A stretch of 64,000 bases of DNA from a virus. Lineage: Duplodnaviria > Caudoviricetes. Positions within the stretch are counted from its first letter, which is position 1; each line of letters starts with the position of its first letter. The translations under genes and the position numbers were made by a program. Where the stretch lies: the IMG/VR virus record IMGVR_UViG_3300046786_000930, positions 4,805 to 68,804 of that record; one strand, 5' to 3'. The notes under the pieces were generated by a model that did not search any database, was not told the origin of the DNA, and worked only from the letters and a program-made list of their open reading frames with translations. This document shows, piece by piece, positions 56,870-64,000 of this stretch.

Positions 56870-57286
56870 ATGCAAATAGAAGTTGATGAGGAGACCATTG
56901 AGTTAATTCTTGATGGGCTAAAAAATAAAATCCAAGACATAAATTCTCAAAACGGCTTATTACGGAGGGGATACGAGGAACTCAGAGCTAAATATTACAA
57001 CTTAATTGATAAAATTATTCCCGACAGTTCGATATTGCCCTTTGAATCGTTAGAAGAAATAGCGAGTAGTGCTATCCAAGAATTAATTGACATGAACATC
57101 GAGAGCAAAAACCAAACCGCAAAACTTGTTAATGCTATAAAATCATTTAGAAGCGAAAAGCTGACATTGGAAGAGTTTGAAAACATCCTTGCAGAAGCAT
57201 CGCTAACAAACGAAGAAGAAAAAATAATCCAACCAGACGAATCAACAAAAAATGATGAAGGGACTTATGGAGGTTTACCATCATGA
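56870..57286 (+). CDS. Coiled-coil hypothetical protein
   Basis: AAGGAG Shine-Dalgarno before the ATG at 56870. Confidence 0.55.
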   Translation: MQIEVDEETIELILDGLKNKIQDINSQNGLLRRGYEELRAKYYNLIDKIIPDSSILPFESLEEIASSAIQELIDMNIESKNQTAKLVNAIKSFRSEKLTLEEFENILAEASLTNEEEKIIQPDESTKNDEGTYGGLPS

Positions 57287-57525
57287 ACATAGAAATATTT
57301 GAACTAAAATACCTACAATTTATCTTCAGCAGTCTCTGGACGTTCTTAGGTTTTGTGATTCTTCTCCTGATCATTACCGATGGGTTGAGGAAACTTTTAT
57401 CAAAAGCCAACGTAATCATTAACGGCTTTATTAGCGATATAAAAGCAAGGTACAAAAGGATTATGCTTGAGGAAAGCTTAACCGAGAAACTAAAAACCAA
57501 ATTACCGGGTGGACTCAAGGAATGA
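57283..57525 (+). CDS. Single-TM hypothetical protein
   Basis: ATGA overlap; hydrophobic LWTFLGFVILLLII. Confidence 0.5.
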   Translation: MNIEIFELKYLQFIFSSLWTFLGFVILLLIITDGLRKLLSKANVIINGFISDIKARYKRIMLEESLTEKLKTKLPGGLKE

Positions 57526-57746
57526 AAATCGAAGTAGACGATGACACCAATCTCTGTAGAACGTTGCAAGAGATACTCAAGATTTCTCACTCACATGCGA
57601 AGTGCAGTGTGCAGCTTAACTTTGGTGGGAATGCTGATTCGGTGTCTTTAAGATATATCAACATTGAGTCTGAGGAGTTCAACAAGATCTATCACACGAG
57701 TTCTCAGAAAGAACACCTAACCGATCCCGATTGCCAAACATGCTAA
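57522..57746 (+). CDS. Small hypothetical protein
   Basis: AAGGA Shine-Dalgarno and ATGA overlap. Confidence 0.5.
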   Translation: MKIEVDDDTNLCRTLQEILKISHSHAKCSVQLNFGGNADSVSLRYINIESEEFNKIYHTSSQKEHLTDPDCQTC

Positions 57747-57844
57747 ACTTTGATAAAGAGATATTTGTTGGTAGGATAGTAGCGGTGATATTTTTTCTGC
57801 TAATGCTATTCGTTCTGTTTGCACCATATTTTGTTAAGTGTTGA
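57740..57844 (+). CDS. 34-aa TM mini-protein (not in the ORF track)
   Basis: MLNFDKEIFVGRIVAVIFFLLMLFVLFAPYFVKC; its TGA overlaps the ATG at 57844. Confidence 0.4.
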   Translation: MLNFDKEIFVGRIVAVIFFLLMLFVLFAPYFVKC

Positions 57845-58575
57845 TGGAAACGTTTGACGCAATACTGATAACTGTTTTCGGCTTATTGTTCATGCTTGGC
57901 TATGTAGTAATAGGACTGGCATTAGTTTACGGCATTTTTAAATTAATTTTGAGAGTTAAGGATATGAAATTTTACGGCAAAACACTTTGGTTCAAAAGAG
58001 GCGTAACAGTACAGATAAGTTTACTTTATGCGTGTAACTTGGCATGTAGCTATTGTACTTTAGAAATGCCAACCGGAATAAGGCCAACAGCGAAACAAAG
58101 CACACTTGATGAGTGGAAGGAGTTTATTAAAAACTTCCCGGTAAAGATAAAAGAAGTTTACGTTAGCGGAGGCGAACCTACCTTAATTAAGTGGCTACCC
58201 GAACTATGCAACTGGCTGCTTGATGAGGGTTATCATGTTTCTGTATTCACGGATCTTTATGATCCTCAGTTATTGCTGAAGGTGAAGAACAGTTATCGCT
58301 TTCAGATAATTTCTACGTTTCATCACGATTGGGAAGAAAAATTAATTTCACATCATTTAACCGAAGAGAAACAATTTAAGTATAGTTATTCCTTACTAAA
58401 GAATGCCGGTTATCGAATCGAAGTAGATGAAATCGGCTACAAAGTTTTACCTTACAGCAGATTAAAACCGTTTATCGGAATGGATGGACTGAAAGATTCG
58501 GAAGCGTTTAGAGTGAGTCCAGACCTACAGATATTCAATTCGTGCTATGATCATTTTTTACAAAAATCTAAATGA
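57844..58575 (+). CDS. Radical SAM enzyme, possibly with an N-terminal TM anchor
   Basis: CNLACSYC (CxxxCxxC) and VSGGEP motifs. A hydrophobic N-terminal segment precedes a possible second start at about 57963. Confidence 0.85.
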   Translation: METFDAILITVFGLLFMLGYVVIGLALVYGIFKLILRVKDMKFYGKTLWFKRGVTVQISLLYACNLACSYCTLEMPTGIRPTAKQSTLDEWKEFIKNFPVKIKEVYVSGGEPTLIKWLPELCNWLLDEGYHVSVFTDLYDPQLLLKVKNSYRFQIISTFHHDWEEKLISHHLTEEKQFKYSYSLLKNAGYRIEVDEIGYKVLPYSRLKPFIGMDGLKDSEAFRVSPDLQIFNSCYDHFLQKSK

Positions 58576-58850
58576 AAAAAACTTTAGTTCGTTGGAAAAT
58601 ATATACAGATAGGGCACGTTGGTATGTAGCGTATGTGCAATTTCTTATGATGGTTATAGTTGTATTTCAAACAAGAGGAGTTTTACTTGATTGGTGGTTA
58701 ATAATTTTATTGATCCCGGTAGTGGTAATTGCTTTTATTGTGATAGGGTTTATAGATGTTAAAATATTTAAGTTATTAGAAGCCGAGCAACAAAAATATG
58801 CAGAAGAAAACCCTACGCTTCAACAAATACTAAAAGAAGTTAAAAAATGA
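58572..58850 (+). CDS. Small two-TM membrane protein
   Basis: Two hydrophobic segments and ATGA overlaps. Confidence 0.6.
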   Translation: MKKTLVRWKIYTDRARWYVAYVQFLMMVIVVFQTRGVLLDWWLIILLIPVVVIAFIVIGFIDVKIFKLLEAEQQKYAEENPTLQQILKEVKK

Positions 58851-59821
58851 GATTTGTTAAGATAACTAGATATTATAGCCCATTCTTGCGAGAGTATCTT
58901 AAAAAAAATCCCGGGATGGAATATCAAACCTATCCTTATCAACACAAACACCTCATGAATCAAAGATTTGGCTGGTCGGACTATTATTCAAAACATCTCA
59001 TAGCTTTGGGTTATGAAGCGACAGAAATTGTTGCTAACTCGCATCTTCAAAGAGCATGGAGTAATCATCATAAAATCTATGGCGATAATCTATTGCTCAA
59101 ACAGTTACAATATTTGCAACCTGAAATAGTTTTTTTTGAGGATGTTGGCTGTGTGATAAGAAACCTAAAATATATAGTGCCCTCCGTAAAATTGGTAATA
59201 GGATACTGCTGTTCGCCCCTAACTTATGACTCAGAGGATTTTGACTTAATGTTGACTTGCAGCAAGTTCTTCCCCGGTGATTATGTTTTACCTCATGCTT
59301 TTGAACCAATAAAAATAGACAATACCGAAGAAGAAGATTTTGTTTTCTTTGGTTCATTTATTCGTGGGAAGAATCAGCACGACAAACGAATACAGATCGT
59401 TAAGGAGATAAAGAAACTAAAAATCTATGGCAACAAGGGCGGGTACTTTAATTCGTTATTCTCCGATAAGTATGAGAAACCTCTTTACGGAATTGATATG
59501 CACAAACAACTTGCAAAAGCAAAGATAGGATTTAATATTCACGGAGGATTACCAACACAAGCATGTAATATGAGAATGTTTGAGACCACAGGCTTAAGAG
59601 TGTGTTTAGTAACAGAGAACTTACCAAATCGATATTTTAATGAAGATCAGATAGTGACTTATAGGTCAGCAGATGAATGTAACGAAAAAGTGACATGGCT
59701 ACTTAATCATCCGAAGGAACGAAAAGAAATTGCGCTTCGAGGACAGAAGAGAACACTTGAAAACCATATCTTCGAAATCAGAGCGCAGCAACTCGATAAA
59801 ATAATAAAGGCACATATATGA
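58847..59821 (+). CDS. GT-B glycosyltransferase (CgeB/YkvP-like)
   Basis: AKIGFNIH...NMRMFETTG...VTY.S.DE..EK..WLL.HP.ER.EIA.RGQ.RTL..H pattern. Confidence 0.85.
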   Translation: MRFVKITRYYSPFLREYLKKNPGMEYQTYPYQHKHLMNQRFGWSDYYSKHLIALGYEATEIVANSHLQRAWSNHHKIYGDNLLLKQLQYLQPEIVFFEDVGCVIRNLKYIVPSVKLVIGYCCSPLTYDSEDFDLMLTCSKFFPGDYVLPHAFEPIKIDNTEEEDFVFFGSFIRGKNQHDKRIQIVKEIKKLKIYGNKGGYFNSLFSDKYEKPLYGIDMHKQLAKAKIGFNIHGGLPTQACNMRMFETTGLRVCLVTENLPNRYFNEDQIVTYRSADECNEKVTWLLNHPKERKEIALRGQKRTLENHIFEIRAQQLDKIIKAHI

Positions 59822-60432
59822 ATATACTCGTACTTAGTCCCCATACCGATGATTGTGAATTAGGTTGTGGTGGTTCCTTGGTCAAATGGAAGGAAGAAGG
59901 GCATAATATATTCCCCGCAGTATTTTCATTATGTGAGGAATCAATCCCAGAAGGATTTGATAGCGATGCAACATATCAAGAATTTCTTATGAATATAAAA
60001 CATTATGGTTTTGTTGATTATTTTGTATATGATTTTAAGGTAAGAAATTTCCCAAGCGATAGACAGAAAATATTGAATATAATGGTAAATCTAAGAATTA
60101 CTTTTGAGCCAAATTTAGTAGTCGGCCCCTCTCTTTACGATACTCACCAAGATCATAAAACCTTAGCAGAAGAAATGCAAAGGGCTTTTAGATGTTCGAT
60201 AATTTCTTATGAGTTACCCTACACAACGTTAAATTTTAACCCACAGTATTATGTGCCCCTGGAAAAGAAACATATTGAGAAGAAAAGAGAATTGATTGAG
60301 AATTATAAATCTCAATTAGTAAAGGGAAAGTATAGTCCCGAACTTATGGAATCTGTTGCACGAATGAGAGGGAGTCAGATAGATAAAGAATTTGCCGAAG
60401 CATTTGAAATAATAAGGAGTATAGAAAAATGA
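59818..60432 (+). CDS. PIG-L/LmbE family N-acetyl-sugar deacetylase
   Basis: LSPHTDDCELGCGG and HQDH metal motifs. Confidence 0.9.
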   Translation: MNILVLSPHTDDCELGCGGSLVKWKEEGHNIFPAVFSLCEESIPEGFDSDATYQEFLMNIKHYGFVDYFVYDFKVRNFPSDRQKILNIMVNLRITFEPNLVVGPSLYDTHQDHKTLAEEMQRAFRCSIISYELPYTTLNFNPQYYVPLEKKHIEKKRELIENYKSQLVKGKYSPELMESVARMRGSQIDKEFAEAFEIIRSIEK

Positions 60433-60680
60433 AATACCGTAAAAAACCAGTAGTAATTGAGGCGATACAATTTACTGGCGGAGAAATTAGCGAAGATGCT
60501 ATCGCTGATTTTATGGATCAAAATATTAGGGTTATTGGTCGCAAATATATCGAAATTGACACCTTAGAGGGGACTATGACTGCAGACTTAAATGACTATA
60601 TTATTAAAGGGATTGCTGGAGAATTTTATCCTTGCAAACCAGATATATTTGAACAAACCTATGAACCAGTAAATGAATAG
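60429..60680 (+). CDS. Conserved small phage protein (YRKKPVVIEA family)
   Basis: YRKKPVVIEAIQF...TLEG.M.A...DYIIKG..GEFYPCKPDIFEQTY. Confidence 0.8.
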   Translation: MKYRKKPVVIEAIQFTGGEISEDAIADFMDQNIRVIGRKYIEIDTLEGTMTADLNDYIIKGIAGEFYPCKPDIFEQTYEPVNE

Positions 60681-61650
60681 CATTAAAGTATTAGTCACTG
60701 GTGCGGGTGCGCCCGGATTTTGGGGAACACATTATTCTTTGGTGAATAATTATGATAATCGCAAGATTGAAATAATAGGAACTGATTGTAAAGATAAAGT
60801 ATATGGTTCTCTATTTTGTAAGGTTTATAAAATACCAAAAGCAACTGATGAAAATTACATAGAGGCGGTTGAAGAAATTTATGATAAAGAAAACATAAAC
60901 GTGATGCTTCCTCAAAATACAGCCGAACTTGAGCAACTTACTCATAGTAAGGTGAACGTTGCTGGTAGAGATTATTTGGCTAATGATAAATCTTTGATAA
61001 TGAGAACGGCTGAAGCCATAGGGATTCCTTATCCAAAGTATTTTGAAGTTAAAAATAAACAAGAATTATTCCAAGCGTTATTTGAACTTAGAAACAAAAG
61101 GATAGTAATAAAACCAACTATTTCAAATGGTTCTAGAGGGATGAGAATAATAGACGATAATCTTAATTATAAAAAAATGTTTCTCGAAGAAAAACTTCAT
61201 CACTATATAACGGTAAGTCAATTATCTGAATTACTAGAAGACGAATTCAAACCTATGCTTGTAATGGAATACATAGAAGGGTATGAATATACGGTTGATT
61301 GTTTCCGCAGCAAAGATAGGTTCGTAGCAATCCCACGTAAAAGGAATGAAATTAAGAACGGCATAAGTTGGGAAACATCGGTTGAAAAAAATGACGAGTT
61401 AGTGGAATACTCAAAGAAACTGGCAGAAGCATTATACCTAAAATTTGCATTCGGATTCCAATTCATAAACAATAAAATAATTGAATGTAACCCAAGAGTT
61501 CAGGGAACAATGGTTGCTTCAACGCTTGCCGGAGCGAATTTGATATATTCAGCGATAAAGCTGGCATTAAAAGAACCAATCCCAGAATTTAACATTAACT
61601 GGAATTCAAGAATAATAAGATATTCCGTATGCGAGGAGTATAATGTATAA
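60673..61650 (+). CDS. ATP-grasp ligase (short carbamoyl-phosphate-synthase-like, polysaccharide-locus type)
   Basis: VLVTGAG N-terminus, VIKP..SNGSRG, MEYIEG.EYTVD and IIECNPRVQG. Confidence 0.85.
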   Translation: MNSIKVLVTGAGAPGFWGTHYSLVNNYDNRKIEIIGTDCKDKVYGSLFCKVYKIPKATDENYIEAVEEIYDKENINVMLPQNTAELEQLTHSKVNVAGRDYLANDKSLIMRTAEAIGIPYPKYFEVKNKQELFQALFELRNKRIVIKPTISNGSRGMRIIDDNLNYKKMFLEEKLHHYITVSQLSELLEDEFKPMLVMEYIEGYEYTVDCFRSKDRFVAIPRKRNEIKNGISWETSVEKNDELVEYSKKLAEALYLKFAFGFQFINNKIIECNPRVQGTMVASTLAGANLIYSAIKLALKEPIPEFNINWNSRIIRYSVCEEYNV

Positions 61651-62410
61651 ACAAACCAAACAAGGACACTTTAGTTATCCAACAAGAATACTAACCTTCG
61701 CTGACATGGGAATAGGGAACTTTGTTTTTTACTTGCCGGTGCTGAGAGCATTGGCACAGCACGACCTTACTGTTTACTGTCCGAACAAAGAATTGAGAGT
61801 TATTTTAGATTATAACATAAAGGCGAAATATGAAATTCAAGGTAAGTTTGATATATCCGTTAATAATTTTCTTAGCCTGGATAAGAGACACCTGGCGAAG
61901 ATTTGGAATGTACCTCAAAGGATTGGGCACGTGGCGTGGTGGCGGAAGAGACAAATGATCTTTACTGATAAAGTACCAATGGATCAAGATAAAGGTGAGG
62001 AAGAATCTAACTGTGACTTATTAAAACCATTAGGGATAGACCCAATATTTGAAAAAATAAAATCCCCAGACTTCAGTATGCCGAGTTACGATATAGTAAT
62101 TTCGCGGTATAGTGCAGATAAAAATAAAGAATGGCAGCATTGGGATGAACTGATAAGCCGTTTGCTCTTTGTTAAGGCAGGGGTAAAAGTTCTTGATCCA
62201 CAAGAATATTCTTTAATCGCAGTTTGCGACATGATTTCAAAATGTAAATTGTTCATCGGTAATGATTCCGGCATAGCCAAGATAGCCGCTAATTTAGGGA
62301 TAAAGACCATCCAGATATTCCGTTGGTGGACAGATTGTTTTGTTCGGTGCAGAGTAAGGGGCATAAACTTAATTGAACCTTCAGTAAAAGATGTTTTAGA
62401 TTGCTTATGA
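61643..62410 (+). CDS. GT9 (heptosyltransferase-like) glycosyltransferase
   Basis: GIGNFVFYLPVLRAL and LFIGNDSGIAKIAANLGIKTIQIF motifs. Confidence 0.85.
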   Translation: MYKQTKQGHFSYPTRILTFADMGIGNFVFYLPVLRALAQHDLTVYCPNKELRVILDYNIKAKYEIQGKFDISVNNFLSLDKRHLAKIWNVPQRIGHVAWWRKRQMIFTDKVPMDQDKGEEESNCDLLKPLGIDPIFEKIKSPDFSMPSYDIVISRYSADKNKEWQHWDELISRLLFVKAGVKVLDPQEYSLIAVCDMISKCKLFIGNDSGIAKIAANLGIKTIQIFRWWTDCFVRCRVRGINLIEPSVKDVLDCL

Positions 62411-62598
62411 AAACAACAGTAGAGTTTAATTTTAATTTCGGGGACAAGGTTTGGGTTATTGAGTTAGCTTGTTATGGTAGGGTTTTAAGTTGTTGGTACA
62501 CACGAAGCGGTAAACAATATGAGGTTAGATATTTTCACAATGGAGAACACTTAACAACTTATATATTTGAAGAAGAACTATCAGATAAAAAATTATAA
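62407..62598 (+). CDS. Small SH3-like phage protein
   Basis: FNFGDKVWV...YEVRY...IFEEEL pattern. Confidence 0.55.
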   Translation: MKTTVEFNFNFGDKVWVIELACYGRVLSCWYTRSGKQYEVRYFHNGEHLTTYIFEEELSDKKL

Positions 62599-62612
62599 AT
62601 GAAGGAATAAAA

Positions 62613-63068
62613 ATGATCGAAATAAATAAAAGTGCAACGGCAGATACAAGAAGTTGTGACTGGTCAAAGGTTAGCAGAGAAACCTTATTGGAGAGTAGCA
62701 AGCAACACATAGGAGACATAGCTTTGGGATTGAAATATTTTAAGAATCTAATAGACAATGCTATTGAGAAACATGATTTTGATAAGATAACTGAAGTTGA
62801 TTGGTTTCATTCGGATTTCAAAACTGGATTCAAAGAAACTGGTTGGTGGACTAATCACCGGAAGGTTAATCGGCATCATTTATTACAGGCCGATGGAGTA
62901 CCGGAAGATGTAAATTTAATTGATGTTTTGGATATGATAGTTGATTGTGTAATGGCTGGGATGGCAAGAACTGGGAATGTATATCCATTAGAAATTAGTC
63001 CAGAAGTTTTGATGAGGGCGTTTAATAATACAGCCAAATTATTACAAAGTCAAATTCAAGTAAAATGA
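62613..63068 (+). CDS. HD-like protein (DUF5662-like)
   Basis: HDFDK, HRKVNRHH and LIDVLDMIVDCVMAG..R motifs. Confidence 0.65.
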   Translation: MIEINKSATADTRSCDWSKVSRETLLESSKQHIGDIALGLKYFKNLIDNAIEKHDFDKITEVDWFHSDFKTGFKETGWWTNHRKVNRHHLLQADGVPEDVNLIDVLDMIVDCVMAGMARTGNVYPLEISPEVLMRAFNNTAKLLQSQIQVK

Positions 63069-64000
63069 AAACCGACTGGATTAATAGCGAACCTGTATTT
63101 TACAATACCAAGACTGGCAAAGCATCAAAGAATATGCTTGATGTTATGGATACCTATGAGTTTGATAATGAAGGATTATACGATTATCTGAACTTTGGCT
63201 ATCAAGCATTTGAGCAATCAGCGATTAAGAATGTCAGAAAACTTCCGCACTCATCAGAAACAATCGGTGATGGACATTTCTGGCGATATAGTGATCCGAT
63301 TGATAAATATATCGGCAAAACAAGTTCGGTTGATGAAGCCATAGAAACACTCGGAAATCATGTAAGAAATTTCGAGAAATCAAATAATGAAAAACTTCTA
63401 TTGCTTTTAAGTGGTGGGTATGACTCAAGATTCTTAGCTCACTTCATACAGGACAAGTCAAGATTAACAGCGTTTACTTGTGATATCAGCATCGGGAATA
63501 AAAACTCGCACGAAGTTATGAGGGCAAAAGAAGTTTGTAAAAGGTTAGGGATAAAGTGGGGCTTCCTAAACATTGATAATTACTTCCATAGATTCTTCAC
63601 AGGATTGGTATTTGAGAATTTCGGGATCGAAGTGAATTCTGGTGCTGGGATAACATTTGAAATGATCCACAAAATCTATAACCTTGATGGCATGGTTCTT
63701 CACGGTAGCGTTGGTGATTGGTGGCGAGTGCAGAAGGTAAAGATAAATCCTCCTAAAGATCACTTAGATTTCGGTTCGTTATTTTTTAATCATGGAACCG
63801 GCATACCGCAAGAATTCATTAAGATAAAAACTAACCACGAAAACAAACAACTTGAATTTGAACAGAACATAAAACGGCTGCGAGAAGATGAACTCTTCAG
63901 AATAGTTTATGCGCGGAGAGGGAGAATAGGATGCTCAAGTTTAGGCATGAGGATAATTGAGAAATATTTTAAAGCATACACACCCTATTATGATATTGAT
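63065..64000 (+). CDS. Asparagine-synthetase-like ATP pyrophosphatase/amidoligase, 3'-truncated by the window
   Basis: My translation gives MKTDWINSEPVFY...LLLSGGYDSR...LHGSVGDWW...AYTPYYDID with no stop before the window end. It has no N-terminal catalytic Cys. Confidence 0.8.
   Translation, partial: MKTDWINSEPVFYNTKTGKASKNMLDVMDTYEFDNEGLYDYLNFGYQAFEQSAIKNVRKLPHSSETIGDGHFWRYSDPIDKYIGKTSSVDEAIETLGNHVRNFEKSNNEKLLLLLSGGYDSRFLAHFIQDKSRLTAFTCDISIGNKNSHEVMRAKEVCKRLGIKWGFLNIDNYFHRFFTGLVFENFGIEVNSGAGITFEMIHKIYNLDGMVLHGSVGDWWRVQKVKINPPKDHLDFGSLFFNHGTGIPQEFIKIKTNHENKQLEFEQNIKRLREDELFRIVYARRGRIGCSSLGMRIIEKYFKAYTPYYDID

Noticed and set aside
57844-64000. 7-deazaguanine (QueE/QueC/DpdA) DNA modification pathway
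   Set aside because: No FolE, QueD or DpdA is visible, the SGGxDS protein lacks the QueC zinc-binding Cys cluster and looks AsnB-like, and the neighbours are glycan enzymes. DNA modification is not fully excluded because the cluster is cut by the window edge.
1-64000. Alternative genetic code or stop-codon readthrough
   Set aside because: Standard-code ORFs tile the + strand with tight start/stop overlaps and intact domains.
1-64000. CRISPR array
   Set aside because: No regularly spaced direct repeats with unique spacers were seen.

Overview
The window is about 64 kb of a tailed dsDNA phage genome with short-tail (P22/crAss-style podovirus) architecture. Every supportable gene is on the + strand and the standard genetic code fits. 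Order: end of a probable head gene, two ring/adaptor-like genes and a muzzle-like gene (0.8-5.6 kb); large beta-helix and FN3/LamG appendage-like proteins, all with Sec-type signal peptides, followed by the lysis genes (5.6-16.5 kb); a probable detached muzzle C-terminus, a small fibre and three ejection proteins, the last a 4453-aa polyvalent protein with ART-like, Acb1-like 2H phosphoesterase and JAB domains (16.5-33.2 kb); early, recombination and replication genes (SSAP-like, SbcD, SbcC, HNH, DnaQ-like exonuclease, C5 methyltransferase, SF2 helicase, initiator with putative origin; 33.3-50.3 kb); terminase, portal and GroES (51.5-56.8 kb); and a glycan-tailoring cluster (radical SAM, two glycosyltransferases, PIG-L deacetylase, ATP-grasp, AsnB-like) running off the right edge. 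No integrase, clear repressor or major capsid protein is visible. The host is inferred to be FCB group, plausibly Ignavibacteriota-like (Gln at +1 of signal peptides, Bacteroidota-type DnaQ, yet Shine-Dalgarno and TTGACA use). Best candidate for an undescribed system: tail-appendage-like proteins rerouted through Sec and dense in the Bacteroidota O-glycosylation sequon D(S/T)(A/I/L/V/M/T), together with phage-encoded glycan-tailoring enzymes, i.e. periplasmic glyco-maturation of phage proteins. Two out-of-frame nested genes, a split muzzle gene and an aberrant tRNA-like RNA also stand out. All family calls come from motif recognition by eye and all counts are manual; no searches were run.
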